From Yuukianura sp. NJ FZ-2021 (Eukaryota), in the NCBI GenBank assembly GCA_046563655.1, contig CM102289.1, positions 806,001 to 870,000 of the forward strand: DNA of 64,000 bases. Reading direction: 5' to 3'. Under the pieces are notes generated by a model. That model worked only from the letters and a program-made list of their open reading frames with translations, had not been told where the DNA came from and searched no databases. Every line of letters begins with the position of its first letter. Position 1 is the stretch's first letter. This document shows, piece by piece, positions 25,301-40,300 of this stretch. The translations under genes and the position numbers were made by a program.

Positions 25301-25355
25301 AAGTCGTATCAATAGTCTTCTTCAGCATGTCGTAGACATGCGTCTCCAGAAGACT

Positions 25356-28300
25356 AAAAGTCATTCTGGGCTATCTGAGATGTCAAAATTGCAAACCGAG
25401 ATTATGCTTCTGAAAGCCCATCTGACGTGTTCCAAGCTCAATTTTTCACCAAAAAATTATTTTTTTCATTAAATACTCCTCAAAAAGTCATTCTGGGCTA
25501 TCTGAGATGTCAAAATTGCAAACCGAGATTATGCTTGTGAAAGCCCATCTGAAGTGTTCCAAGCTCAATTTTTCACCAAAAAATTATTTTTTTCATTAAA
25601 TACTCCTCAAAAAGTCATTCTGGGCTATCTGAGATGTCAAAATTGCAAACCGAGATTATGCTTGTGAAAGCCCATCTGACGTGTTCCAAGCTCAATTTTT
25701 CACCAAAAAATTATTTTTTTCATTAAATACTCCTCAAAAAGTCATTCTGGGCTATCTGAGATGTCAAAATTGCAAACCGAGATTATGCTTGTGAAAGCCC
25801 ATCTGAAGTGTTCCAAGCTCAATTTTTCACCAAAAAATATTTTTTTCATTAAATACTCCTCAAAAAGTCATTCTGGGCTATCTGAGATGTCAAAATTGCA
25901 AACCGAGATTATGCTTGTGAAAGCCCATCTGAAGTGTTCCAAGCTCAATTTTTCACCAAAAAATATTTTTGTTCATTAAATACTCCTCAAAAAGTCATTC
26001 TGGGCTATCTGAGATGTCAAAATTGCAAACCGAGATTATGCTTCTGAAAGCCCATCTGACGTGTTCCAAGCTCAATTTTTCACCAAAAAATTATTTTTTT
26101 CATTAAATACTCCTCAAAAAGTCATTCTGGGCTATCTGAGATGTCAAAATTGCAAACCGAGATTATGCTTGTGAAAGCCCATCTGAAGTGTTCCAAGCTC
26201 AATTTTTCACCAAAAAATTATTTTTTTCATTAAATACTCCTCAAAAAGTCATTCTGGGCTATCTGAGATGTCAAAATTGCAAACCGAGATTATGCTTGTG
26301 AAAGCCCATCTGAAGTGTTCCAAGCTCAATTTTTCACCAAAAAATTATTTTTTTCATTAAATACTCCTCAAAAAGTCATTCTGGGCTATCTGAGATGTCA
26401 AAATTGCAAACCGAGATTATGCTTGTGAAAGCCCATCTGAAGTGTTCCAAGCTCAATTTTTCACCAAAAAATTATTTTTTTCATTAAATACTCCTCAAAA
26501 AGTCATTCTGGGCTATCTGAGATGTCAAAATTGCAAACCGAGATTATGCTTGTGAAAGCCCATCTGAAGTGTTCCAAGCTCAATTTTTCACCAAAAAAAT
26601 ATTTTTTTCATTAAATACTCCTCAAAAAGTCATTCTGGGCTATCTGAGATGTCAAAATTGCAAACCGAGATTATGCTTGTGAAAGCCCATCTGACGTGTT
26701 CCAAGCTCAATTTTTCACCAAAAAATTATTTTTTTCATTAAATACTCCTCAAAAAGTCATTCTGGGCTATCTGAGATGTCAAAATTGCAAACCGAGATTA
26801 TGCTTGTGAAAGCCCATCTGAAGTGTTCCAAGCTCAATTTTTCACCAAAAAATCATTTCTTTTATTAAAAACTCCTCAAAAAGTCATTCTGGGCTATCTG
26901 AGATGTCAAAATTGCAAACCGAGATTATGCTTGTGAAAGCCCATCTGAAGTGTTCCAAGCTCAATTTTTCACCAAAAAATTATTTTTTTCATTAAATACT
27001 CCTCAAAAAGTCATTCTGGGCTATCTGAGATGTCAAAATTGCAAACCGAGATTATGCTTCTGAAAGCCCATCTAACGTGTTCCAAGCTCAATTTTTCACC
27101 AAAAAATTATTTTTTTCATTAAATACTCCTCAAAAAGTCATTCTGGGCTATCTGAGATGTCAAAATTGCAAACCGAGATTATGCTTGTGAAAGCCCATCT
27201 GAAGTGTTCCAAGCTCAATTTTTCACCAAAAAATTATTTTTTTCATTAAATACTCCTCAAAAAGTCATTCTGGGCTATCTGAGATGTCAAAATTGCAAAC
27301 CGAGATTATGCTTGTGAAAGCCCATCTGAAGTGTTCCAAGCTCAATTTTTCACCAAAAAATTATTTTTTTCATTAAATACTCCTCAAAAAGTCATTCTGG
27401 GCTATCTGAGATGTCAAAATTGCAAACCGAGATTATGCTTCTGAAAGCCCATCTGAAGTGTTCCAAGCTCAATTTTTCACCAAAAAATATTTTTTTTCAT
27501 TAAATACTCCTCAAAAAGTCATTCTGGGCTATCTGAGATGTCAAAATTGCAAACCGAGATTATGCTTGTGAAAGCCCATCTGAAGTGTTCCAAGCTCAAT
27601 TTTTCACCAAAAAATTATTTTTTTCATTAAATACTCCTCAAAAAGTCATTCTGGGCTATCTGAGATGTCAAAATTGCAAACCGAGATTATGCTTCTGAAA
27701 GCCCATCTGAAGTGTTCCAAGCTCAATTTTTCACCAAAAAATATTTTTTTTCATTAAATACTCCTCAAAAAGTCATTCTGGGCTATCTGAGATGTCAAAA
27801 TTGCAAACCGAGATTATGCTTGTGAAAGCCCATCTGAAGTGTTCCAAGCTCAATTTTTCACCAAAAAATTATTTTTTTCATTAAATACTCCTCAAAAAGT
27901 CATTCTGGGCTATCTGAGATGTCAAAATTGCAAACCGAGATTATGCTTGTGAAAGCCCATCTGAAGTGTTCCAAGCTCAATTTTTCACCAAAAAATTATT
28001 TTTTTCATTAAATACTCCTCAAAAAGTCATTCTGGGCTATCTGAGATGTCAAAATTGCAAACCGAGATTATGCTTGTGAAAGCCCATCTGAAGTGTTCCA
28101 AGCTCAATTTTTCACCAAAAAATATTTTTTTCATTAAATACTCCTCAAAAAGTCATTCTGGGCTATCTGAGATGTCAAAATTGCAAACCGAGATTATGCT
28201 TGTGAAAGCCCATCTGAAGTGTTCCAAGCTCAATTTTTCACCAAAAAATTATTTTTTTCATTAAATACTCCTCAAAAAGTCATTCTGGGCTATCTGAGAT

Positions 28301-31300
28301 GTCAAAATTGCAAACCGAGATTATGCTTCTGAAAGCCCATCTGAAGTGTTCCAAGCTCAATTTTTCACCAAAAAATTATTTTTTTCATTAAATACTCCTC
28401 AAAAAGTCATTCTGGGCTATCTGAGATGTCAAAATTGCAAACCGAGATTATGCTTGTGAAAGCCCATCTGAAGTGTTCCAAGCTCAATTTTTCACCAAAA
28501 AATTATTTTTTTCATTAAATACTCCTCAAAAAGTCATTCTGGGCTATCTGAGATGTCAAAATTGCAAACCGAGATTATGCTTGTGAAAGCCCATCTGAAG
28601 TGTTCCAAGCTCAATTTTTCACCAAAAAATTATTTTTTTCATTAAATACTCCTCAAAAAGTCATTCTGGGCTATCTGAGATGTCAAAATTGCAAACCGAG
28701 ATTATGCTTCTGAAAGCCCATCTGAAGTGTTCCAAGCTCAATTTTTCACCAAAAAAATATTTTTTTCATTAAATACTCCTCAAAAAGTCATTCTGGGCTA
28801 TCTGAGATGTCAAAATTGCAAACCGAGATTATGCTTGTGAAAGCCCATCTGAAGTGTTCCAAGCTCAATTTTTCACCAAAAAATATTTTTTTCATTAAAT
28901 ACTCCTCAAAAAGTCATTCTGGGCTATCTGAGATGTCAAAATTGCAAACCGAGATTATGCTTGTGAAAGCCCATCTGAAGTGTTCCAAGCTCAATTTTTC
29001 ACCAAAAAATATTTTTTTCATTAAATACTCCTCAAAAAGTCATTCTGGGCTATCTGAGATGTCAAAATTGCAAACCGAGATTATGCTTGTGAAAGCCCAT
29101 CTGAAGTGTTCCAAGCTCAATTTTTCACCAAAAAATATTTTTTTCATTAAATACTCCTCAAAAAGTCATTCTGGGCTATCTGAGATGTCAAAATTGCAAA
29201 CCGAGATTATGCTTGTGAAAGCCCATCTGAAGTGTTCCAAGCTCAATTTTTCACCAAAAAATTATTTTTTTCATTAAATACTCCTCAAAAAGTCATTCTG
29301 GGCTATCTGAGATGTCAAAATTGCAAACCGAGATTATGCTTGTGAAAGCCCATCTGAAGTGTTCCAAGCTCAATTTTTCACCAAAAAATTATTTTTTTCA
29401 TTAAATACTCCTCAAAAAGTCATTCTGGGCTATCTGAGATGTCAAAATTGCAAACCGAGATTATGCTTGTGAAAGCCCATCTGAAGTGTTCCAAGCTCAA
29501 TTTTTCACCAAAAAATATTTTTTTCATTAAATACTCCTCAAAAAGTCATTCTGGGCTATCTGAGATGTCAAAATTGCAAACCGAGATTATGCTTGTGAAA
29601 GCCCATCTGAAGTGTTCCAAGCTCAATTTTTCACCAAAAAATTATTTTTTTCATTAAATACTCCTCAAAAAGTCATTCTGGGCTATCTGAGATGTCAAAA
29701 TTGCAAACCGAGATTATGCTTCTGAAAGCCCATCTGAAGTGTTCCAAGCTCAATTTTTCACCAAAAAATATTTTTTTTCATTAAATACTCCTCAAAAAGT
29801 CATTCTGGGCTATCTGAGATGTCAAAATTGCAAACCGAGATTATGCTTGTGAAAGCCCATCTGAAGTGTTCCAAGCTCAATTTTTCACCAAAAAATTATT
29901 TTTTTCATTAAATACTCCTCAAAAAGTCATTCTGGGCTATCTGAGATGTCAAAATTGCAAACCGAGATTATGCTTGTGAAAGCCCATCTGAAGTGTTCCA
30001 AGCTCAATTTTTCACCAAAAAATTATTTTTTTCATTAAATACTCCTCAAAAAGTCATTCTGGGCTATCTGAGATGTCAAAATTGCAAACCGAGATTATGC
30101 TTCTGAAAGCCCATCTGACGTGTTCCAAGCTCAATTTTTCACCAAAAAATTATTTTTTTCATTAAATACTCCTCAAAAAGTCATTCTGGGCTATCTGAGA
30201 TGTCAAAATTGCAAACCGAGATTATGCTTGTGAAAGCCCATCTGAAGTGTTCCAAGCTCAATTTTTCACCAAAAAATTATTTTTTTCATTAAATACTCCT
30301 CAAAAAGTCATTCTGGGCTATCTGAGATGTCAAAATTGCAAACCGAGATTATGCTTGTGAAAGCCCATCTGAAGTGTTCCAAGCTCAATTTTTCTCCGAA
30401 AAATCCATTTTTTTCATTTATAACTCCTCAAAAAGTCATTCTGGGCTATCTGAGATGTCAAAATTGCAAACCGAGATTATGCTTCTGAAAGCCCATCTGA
30501 AGTGTTCCAAGCTCAATTTTTCACCAAAAAAATATTTTTTTCATTAAATACTCCTCAAAAAGTCATTCTGGGCTATCTGAGATGTCAAAATTGCAAACCG
30601 AGATTATGCTTGTGAAAGCCCATCTGAAGTGTTCCAAGCTCAATTTTTCACCAAAAAATTATTTTTTTCATTAAATACTCCTCAAAAAGTCATTCTGGGC
30701 TATCTGAGATGTCAAAATTGCAAACCGAGATTATGCTTCTGAAAGCCCATCTGAAGTGTTCCAAGCTCAATTTTTCACCAAAAAATTATTTTTTTCATTA
30801 AATACTCCTCAAAAAGTCATTCTGGGCTATCTGAGATGTCAAAATTGCAAACCGAGATTATGCTTGTGAAAGCCCATCTGAAGTGTTCCAAGCTCAATTT
30901 TTCACCAAAAAATTATTTTTTTCATTAAATACTCCTCAAAAAGTCATTCTGGGCTATCTGAGATGTCAAAATTGCAAACCGAGATTATGCTTCTGAAAGC
31001 CCATCTGAAGTGTTCCAAGCTCAATTTTTCACCAAAAAATATTTTTTTTCATTAAATACTCCTCAAAAAGTCATTCTGGGCTATCTGAGATGTCAAAATT
31101 GCAAACCGAGATTATGCTTGTGAAAGCCCATCTGAAGTGTTCCAAGCTCAATTTTTCACCAAAAAATTATTTTTTTCATTAAATACTCCTCAAAAAGTCA
31201 TTCTGGGCTATCTGAGATGTCAAAATTGCAAACCGAGATTATGCTTCTGAAAGCCCATCTGACGTGTTCCAAGCTCAATTTTTCACCAAAAAATTATTTT

Positions 31301-34300
31301 TTTCATTAAATACTCCTCAAAAAGTCATTCTGGGCTATCTGAGATGTCAAAATTGCAAACCGAGATTATGCTTGTGAAAGCCCATCTGACGTGTTCCAAG
31401 CTCAATTTTTCACCAAAAAATTATTTTTTTCATTAAATACTCCTCAAAAAGTCATTCTGGGCTATCTGAGATGTCAAAATTGCAAACCGAGATTATGCTT
31501 GTGAAAGCCCATCTGAAGTGTTCCAAGCTCAATTTTTCACCAAAAAATTATTTTTTTCATTAAATACTCCTCAAAAAGTCATTCTGGGCTATCTGAGATG
31601 TCAAAATTGCAAACCGAGATTATGCTTGTGAAAGCCCATCTGAAGTGTTCCAAGCTCAATTTTTCACCAAAAATTATTTTTTTCATTAAATACTCCTCAA
31701 AAAGTCATTCTGGGCTATCTGAGATGTCAAAATTGCAAACCGAGATTATGCTTGTGAAAGCCCATCTGACGTGTTCCAAGCTCAATTTTTCACCAAAAAA
31801 TTATTTTTTTCATTAAATACTCCTCAAAAAGTCATTCTGGGCTATCTGAGATGTCAAAATTGCAAACCGAGATTATGCTTCTGAAAGCCCATCTGAAGTG
31901 TTCCAAGCTCAATTTTTCACCAAAAAATATTTTTTTTCATTAAATACTCCTCAAAAAGTCATTCTGGGCTATCTGAGATGTCAAAATTGCAAACCGAGAT
32001 TATGCTTGTGAAAGCCCATCTGAAGTGTTCCAAGCTCAATTTTTCACCAAAAAATTATTTTTTTCATTAAATACTCCTCAAAAAGTCATTCTGGGCTATC
32101 TGAGATGTCAAAATTGCAAACCGAGATTATGCTTGTGAAAGCCCATCTGAAGTGTTCCAAGCTCAATTTTTCACCAAAAAATTATTTTTTTCATTAAATA
32201 CTCCTCAAAAAGTCATTCTGGGCTATCTGAGATGTCAAAATTGCAAACCGAGATTATGCTTGTGAAAGCCCATCTGAAGTGTTCCAAGCTCAATTTTTCA
32301 CCAAAAAATTATTTTTTTCATTAAATACTCCTCAAAAAGTCATTCTGGGCTATCTGAGATGTCAAAATTGCAAACCGAGATTATGCTTGTGAAAGCCCAT
32401 CTGAAGTGTTCCAAGCTCAATTTTTCACCAAAAAATATTTTTTTCATTAAATACTCCTCAAAAAGTCATTCTGGGCTATCTGAGATGTCAAAATTGCAAA
32501 CCGAGATTATGCTTGTGAAAGCCCATCTGAAGTGTTCCAAGCTCAATTTTTCACCAAAAAATTATTTTTTTCATTAAATACTCCTCAAAAAGTCATTCTG
32601 GGCTATCTGAGATGTCAAAATTGCAAACCGAGATTATGCTTCTGAAAGCCCATCTGACGTGTTCCAAGCTCAATTTTTCACCAAAAAATTATTTTTTTCA
32701 TTAAATACTCCTCAAAAAGTCATTCTGGGCTATCTGAGATGTCAAAATTGCAAACCGAGATTATGCTTGTGAAAGCCCATCTGACGTGTTCCAAGCTCAA
32801 TTTTTCACCAAAAAAATATTTTTTTCATTAAATACTCCTCAAAAAGTCATTCTGGGCTATCTGAGATGTCAAAATTGCAAACCGAGATTATGCTTCTGAA
32901 AGCCCATCTGACGTGTTCCAAGCTCAATTTTTCACCAAAAAATTATTTTTTTCATTAAATACTCCTCAAAAAGTCATTCTGGGCTATCTGAGATGTCAAA
33001 ATTGCAAACCGAGATTATGCTTGTGAAAGCCCATCTGAAGTGTTCCAAGCTCAATTTTTCACCAAAAAATATTTTTTTCATTAAATACTCCTCAAAAAGT
33101 CATTCTGGGCTATCTGAGATGTCAAAATTGCAAACCGAGATTATGCTTCTGAAAGCCCATCTGACGTGTTCCAAGCTCAATTTTTCACCAAAAAATTATT
33201 TTTTTCATTAAATACTCCTCAAAAAGTCATTCTGGGCTATCTGAGATGTCAAAATTGCAAACCGAGATTATGCTTGTGAAAGCCCATCTGAAGTGTTCCA
33301 AGCTCAATTTTTCACCAAAAAATATTTTTTTCATTAAATACTCATCAAAAAGTCATTCTGGGCTATCTGAGATGTCAAAATTGCAAACCGAGATTATGCT
33401 TCTGAAAGCCCATCTGAAGTGTTCCAAGCTCAATTTTTCACCAAAAAATTATTTTTTTCATTAAATACTCCTCAAAAAGTCATTCTGGGCTATCTGAGAT
33501 GTCAAAATTGCAAACCGAGATTATGCTTGTGAAAGCCCATCTGACGTGTTCCAAGCTCAATTTTTCACCAAAAAATTATTTTTTTCATTAAATACTCCTC
33601 AAAAAGTCATTCTGGGCTATCTGAGATGTCAAAATTGCAAACCGAGATTATGCTTGTGAAAGCCCATCTGAAGTGTTCCAAGCTCAATTTTTCACCAAAA
33701 AATTATTTTTTTCATTAAATACTCCTCAAAAAGTCATTCTGGGCTATCTGAGATGTCAAAATTGCAAACCGAGATTATGCTTGTGAAAGCCCATCTGAAG
33801 TGTTCCAAGCTCAATTTTTCACCAAAAAATTATTTTTTTCATTAAATACTCCTCAAAAAGTCATTCTGGGCTATCTGAGATGTCAAAATTGCAAACCGAG
33901 ATTATGCTTGTGAAAGCCCATCTGAAGTGTTCCAAGCTCAATTTTTCACCAAAAAATTATTTTTTTCATTAAATACTCCTCAAAAAGTCATTCTGGGCTA
34001 TCTGAGATGTCAAAATTGCAAACCGAGATTATGCTTGTGAAAGCCCATCTGAAGTGTTCCAAGCTCAATTTTTCACCAAAAAATATTTTTTTCATTAAAT
34101 ACTCCTCAAAAAGTCATTCTGGGCTATCTGAGATGTCAAAATTGCAAACCGAGATTATGCTTGTGAAAGCCCATCTGAAGTGTTCCAAGCTCAATTTTTC
34201 ACCAAAAAATTATTTTTTTCATTAAATACTCCTCAAAAAGTCATTCTGGGCTATCTGAGATGTCAAAATTGCAAACCGAGATTATGCTTGTGAAAGCCCA

Positions 34301-37300
34301 TCTGAAGTGTTCCAAGCTCAATTTTTCACCAAAAAAATATTTTTTTCATTAAATACTCCTCAAAAAGTCATTCTGGGCTATCTGAGATGTCAAAATTGCA
34401 AACCGAGATTATGCTTGTGAAAGCCCATCTGACGTGTTCCAAGCTCAATTTTTCACCAAAAAATTATTTTTTTCATTAAATACTCCTCAAAAAGTCATTC
34501 TGGGCTATCTGAGATGTCAAAATTGCAAACCGAGATTATGCTTGTGAAAGCCCATCTGAAGTGTTCCAAGCTCAATTTTTCACCTAAAAAATATTTTTTT
34601 CATTAAATACTCCTCAAAAAGTCATTCTGGGCTATCTGAGATGTCAAAATTGCAAACCGAGATTATGCTTCTGAAAGCCCATCTGAAGTGTTCCAAGCTC
34701 AATTTTTCACCAAAAAATTATTTTTTTCATTAAATACTCCTCAAAAAGTCATTCTGGGCTATCTGAGATGTCAAAATTGCAAACCGAGATTATGCTTCTG
34801 AAAGCCCATCTGAAGTGTTCCAAGCTCAATTTTTCACCAAAAAATTATTTTTTTCATTAAATACTCCTCAAAAAGTCATTCTGGGCTATCTGAGATGTCA
34901 AAATTGCAAACCGAGATTATGCTTGTGAAAGCCCATCTGAAGTGTTCCAAGCTCAATTTTTCACCAAAAAATTATTTTTTTCATTAAATACTCCTCAAAA
35001 AGTCATTCTGGGCTATCTGAGATGTCAAAATTGCAAACCGAGATTATGCTTGTGAAAGCCCATCTGAAGTGTTCCAAGCTCAATTTTTCACCAAAAAATT
35101 ATTTTTTTCATTAAATACTCCTCAAAAAGTCATTCTGGGCTATCTGAGATGTCAAAATTGCAAACCGAGATTATGCTTCTGAAAGCCCATCTGAAGTGTT
35201 CCAAGCTCAATTTTTCACCAAAAAAATATTTTTTTCATTAAATACTCCTCAAAAAGTCATTCTGGGCTATCTGAGATGTCAAAATTGCAAACCGAGATTA
35301 TGCTTGTGAAAGCCCATCTGAAGTGTTCCAAGCTCAATTTTTCACCAAAAAATTATTTTTTTCATTAAATACTCCTCAAAAAGTCATTCTGGGCTATCTG
35401 AGATGTCAAAATTGCAAACCGAGATTATGCTTGTGAAAGCCCATCTGAAGTGTTCCAAGCTCAATTTTTCACCGAAAAATCATTTTTTTCATTAAATACT
35501 CCTCAAAAAGTCATTCTGGGCTATCTGAGATGTCAAAATTGCAAACCGAGATTATGCTTGTGAAAGCCCATCTGAAGTGTTCCAAGCTCAATTTTTCACC
35601 AAAAAATTATTTTTTTCATTAAATACTCCTCAAAAAGTCATTCTGGGCTATCTGAGATGTCAAAATTGCAAACCGAGATTATGCTTCTGAAAGCCCATCT
35701 GACGTGTTCCAAGCTCAATTTTTCACCAAAAATTATTTTTTTCATTAAATACTCCTCAAAAAGTCATTCTGGGCTATCTGAGATGTCAAAATTGCAAACC
35801 GAGATTATGCTTGTGAAAGCCCATCTGAAGTGTTCCAAGCTCAATTTTTCACCAAAAAATTATTTTTTTCATTAAATACTCCTCAAAAAGTCATTCTGGG
35901 CTATCTGAGATGTCAAAATTGCAAACCGAGATTATGCTTGTGAAAGCCCATCTGAAGTGTTCCAAGCTCAATTTTTCACCAAAAAATTATTTTTTTCATT
36001 AAATACTCCTCAAAAAGTCATTCTGGGCTATCTGAGATGTCAAAATTGCAAACCGAGATTATGCTTGTGAAAGCCCATCTGAAGTGTTCCAAGCTCAATT
36101 TTTCACCAAAAAATATTTTTTTTCATTAAATACTCCTCAAAAAGTCATTCTGGGCTATCTGAGATGTCAAAATTGCAAACCGAGATTATGCTTCTGAAAG
36201 CCCATCTGACGTGTTCCAAGCTCAATTTTTCACCAAAAAATTATTTTTTTCATTAAATACTCCTCAAAAAGTCATTCTGGGCTATCTGAGATGTCAAAAT
36301 TGCAAACCGAGATTATGCTTGTGAAAGCCCATCTGACGTGTTCCAAGCTCAATTTTTCACCAAAAAATTATTTTTTTCATTAAATACTCCTCAAAAAGTC
36401 ATTCTGGGCTATCTGAGATGTCAAAATTGCAAACCGAGATTATGCTTGTGAAAGCCCATCTGAAGTGTTCCAAGCTCAATTTTTCACCAAAAAATTATTT
36501 TTTTCATTAAATACTCCTCAAAAAGTCATTCTGGGCTATCTGAGATGTCAAAATTGCAAACCGAGATTATGCTTGTGAAAGCCCATCTGAAGTGTTCCAA
36601 GCTCAATTTTTCACCAAAAAATATTTTTTTCATTAAATACTCCTCAAAAAGTCATTCTGGGCTATCTGAGATGTCAAAATTGCAAACCGAGATTATGCTT
36701 CTGAAAGCCCATCTGAAGTGTTCCAAGCTCAATTTTTCACCAAAAAATTATTTTTTTCATTAAATACTCCTCAAAAAGTCATTCTGGGCTATCTGAGATG
36801 TCAAAATTGCAAACCGAGATTATGCTTGTGAAAGCCCATCTGAAGTGTTCCAAGCTCAATTTTTCACCAAAAAATATTTTTTTCATTAAATACTCCTCAA
36901 AAAGTCATTCTGGGCTATCTGAGATGTCAAAATTGCAAACCGAGATTATGCTTCTGAAAGCCCATCTGAAGTGTTCCAAGCTCAATTTTTCACCAAAAAA
37001 TTATTTTTTTCATTAAATACTCCTCAAAAAGTCATTCTGGGCTATCTGAGATGTCAAAATTGCAAACCGAGATTATGCTTGTGAAAGCCCATCTGAAGTG
37101 TTCCAAGCTCAATTTTTCACCAAAAAATTATTTTTTTCATTAAATACTCCTCAAAAAGTCATTCTGGGCTATCTGAGATGTCAAAATTGCAAACCGAGAT
37201 TATGCTTGTGAAAGCCCATCTGAAGTGTTCCAAGCTCAATTTTTCACCAAAAAATTATTTTTTTCATTAAATACTCCTCAAAAAGTCATTCTGGGCTATC

Positions 37301-40300
37301 TGAGATGTCAAAATTGCAAACCGAGATTATGCTTCTGAAAGCCCATCTGAAGTGTTCCAAGCTCAATTTTTCACCAAAAAATTATTTTTTTCATTAAATA
37401 CTCCTCAAAAAGTCATTCTGGGCTATCTGAGATGTCAAAATTGCAAACCGAGATTATGCTTGTGAAAGCCCATCTGAAGTGTTCCAAGCTCAATTTTTCA
37501 CCAAAAAATTATTTTTTTCATTAAATACTCCTCAAAAAGTCATTCTGGGCTATCTGAGATGTCAAAATTGCAAACCGAGATTATGCTTCTGAAAGCCCAT
37601 CTGAAGTGTTCCAAGCTCAATTTTTCACCAAAAAATTATTTTTTTCATTAAATACTCCTCAAAAAGTCATTCTGGGCTATCTGAGATGTCAAAATTGCAA
37701 ACCGAGATTATGCTTGTGAAAGCCCATCTGAAGTGTTCCAAGCTCAATTTTTCACCAAAAAATTATTTTTTTCATTAAATACTCCTCAAAAAGTCATTCT
37801 GGGCTATCTGAGATGTCAAAATTGCAAACCGAGATTATGCTTGTGAAAGCCCATCTGAAGTGTTCCAAGCTCAATTTTTCACCAAAAAATTATTTTTTTC
37901 ATTAAATACTCCTCAAAAAGTCATTCTGGGCTATCTGAGATGTCAAAATTGCAAACCGAGATTATGCTTCTGAAAGCCCATCTGACGTGTTCCAAGCTCA
38001 ATTTTTCACCAAAAAATTATTTTTTTCATTAAATACTCCTCAAAAAGTCATTCTGGGCTATCTGAGATGTCAAAATTGCAAACCGAGATTATGCTTGTGA
38101 AAGCCCATCTGAAGTGTTCCAAGCTCAATTTTTCACCAAAAAATTATTTTTTTCATTAAATACTCCTCAAAAAGTCATTCTGGGCTATCTGAGATGTCAA
38201 AATTGCAAACCGAGATTATGCTTGTGAAAGCCCATCTGAAGTGTTCCAAGCTCAATTTTTCACCAAAAAATTATTTTTTTCATTAAATACTCCTCAAAAA
38301 GTCATTCTGGGCTATCTGAGATGTCAAAATTGCAAACCGAGATTATGCTTCTGAAAGCCCATCTGAAGTGTTCCAAGCTCAATTTTTCACCAAAAAATTA
38401 TTTTTTTCATTAAATACTCCTCAAAAAGTCATTCTGGGCTATCTGAGATGTCAAAATTGCAAACCGAGATTATGCTTCTGAAAGCCCATCTGAAGTGTTC
38501 CAAGCTCAATTTTTCACCAAAAAATTATTTTTTTCATTAAATACTCCTCAAAAAGTCATTCTGGGCTATCTGAGATGTCAAAATTGCAAACCGAGATTAT
38601 GCTTGTGAAAGCCCATCTGAAGTGTTCCAAGCTCAATTTTTCACCAAAAAATTATTTTTTTCATTAAATACTCCTCAAAAAGTCATTCTGGGCTATCTGA
38701 GATGTCAAAATTGCAAACCGAGATTATGCTTGTGAAAGCCCATCTGAAGTGTTCCAAGCTCAATTTTTCACCAAAAAAATATTTTTTTCATTAAATACTC
38801 CTCAAAAAGTCATTCTGGGCTATCTGAGATGTCAAAATTGCAAACCGAGATTATGCTTGTGAAAGCCCATCTGAAGTGTTCCAAGCTCAATTTTTCACCA
38901 AAAAATATTTTTTTCATTAAATACTCCTCAAAAAGTCATTCTGGGCTATCTGAGATGTCAAAATTGCAAACCGAGATTATGCTTGTGAAAGCCCATCTGA
39001 AGTGTTCCAAGCTCAATTTTTCACCAAAAAATTATTTTTTTCATTAAATACTCCTCAAAAAGTCATTCTGGGCTATCTGAGATGTCAAAATTGCAAACCG
39101 AGATTATGCTTGTGAAAGCCCATCTGAAGTGTTCCAAGCTCAATTTTTCACCAAAAAATTATTTTTTTCATTAAATACTCCTCAAAAAGTCATTCTGGGC
39201 TATCTGAGATGTCAAAATTGCAAACCGAGATTATGCTTGTGAAAGCCCATCTGAAGTGTTCCAAGCTCAATTTTTCACCAAAAAATTATTTTTTTCATTA
39301 AATACTCCTCAAAAAGTCATTCTGGGCTATCTGAGATGTCAAAATTGCAAACCGAGATTATGCTTGTGAAAGCCCATCTGAAGTGTTCCAAGCTCAATTT
39401 TTCACCAAAAAATTATTTTTTTCATTAAATACTCCTCAAAAAGTCATTCTGGGCTATCTGAGATGTCAAAATTGCAAACCGAGATTATGCTTCTGAAAGC
39501 CCATCTGAAGTGTTCCAAGCTCAATTTTTCACCAAAAAATTATTTTTTTCATTAAATACTCCTCAAAAAGTCATTCTGGGCTATCTGAGATGTCAAAATT
39601 GCAAACCGAGATTATGCTTGTGAAAGCCCATCTGAAGTGTTCCAAGCTCAATTTTTCACCAAAAAATTATTTTTTTCATTAAATACTCCTCAAAAAGTCA
39701 TTCTGGGCTATCTGAGATGTCAAAATTGCAAACCGAGATTATGCTTGTGAAAGCCCATCTGAAGTGTTCCAAGCTCAATTTTTCACCAAAAAATTATTTT
39801 TTTCATTAAATACTCCTCAAAAAGTCATTCTGGGCTATCTGAGATGTCAAAATTGCAAACCGAGATTATGCTTCTGAAAGCCCATCTGAAGTGTTCCAAG
39901 CTCAATTTTTCACCAAAAAATTATTTTTTTCATTAAATACTCCTCAAAAAGTCATTCTGGGCTATCTGAGATGTCAAAATTGCAAACCGAGATTATGCTT
40001 GTGAAAGCCCATCTGACGTGTTCCAAGCTCAATTTTTCACCAAAAAATTATTTTTTTCATTAAATACTCCTCAAAAAGTCATTCTGGGCTATCTGAGATG
40101 TCAAAATTGCAAACCGAGATTATGCTTGTGAAAGCCCATCTGAAGTGTTCCAAGCTCAATTTTTCACCAAAAAATTATTTTTTTCATTAAATACTCCTCA
40201 AAAAGTCATTCTGGGCTATCTGAGATGTCAAAATTGCAAACCGAGATTATGCTTGTGAAAGCCCATCTGAAGTGTTCCAAGCTCAATTTTTCACCAAAAA

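Larger units (their letters stand above)
22835..25355 (-). mobile_element. Internally deleted Helentron-type (Helitron group 2) element inserted in the satellite
   Basis: 11-bp subterminal inverted repeats GTCTTCTGGAG (22868-22878) and CTCCAGAAGAC (25344-25354). Perfect 3' hairpin CAATGCTCAA-GGG-TTGAGCATTG (22845-22867). Partial inverted repeat at 25313-25321 and (GACA)7 near the 5' end. Inserted within the A5 run of a monomer with no long TSD. Carries a Helitron-like N-terminal ORF. Confidence 0.88.
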
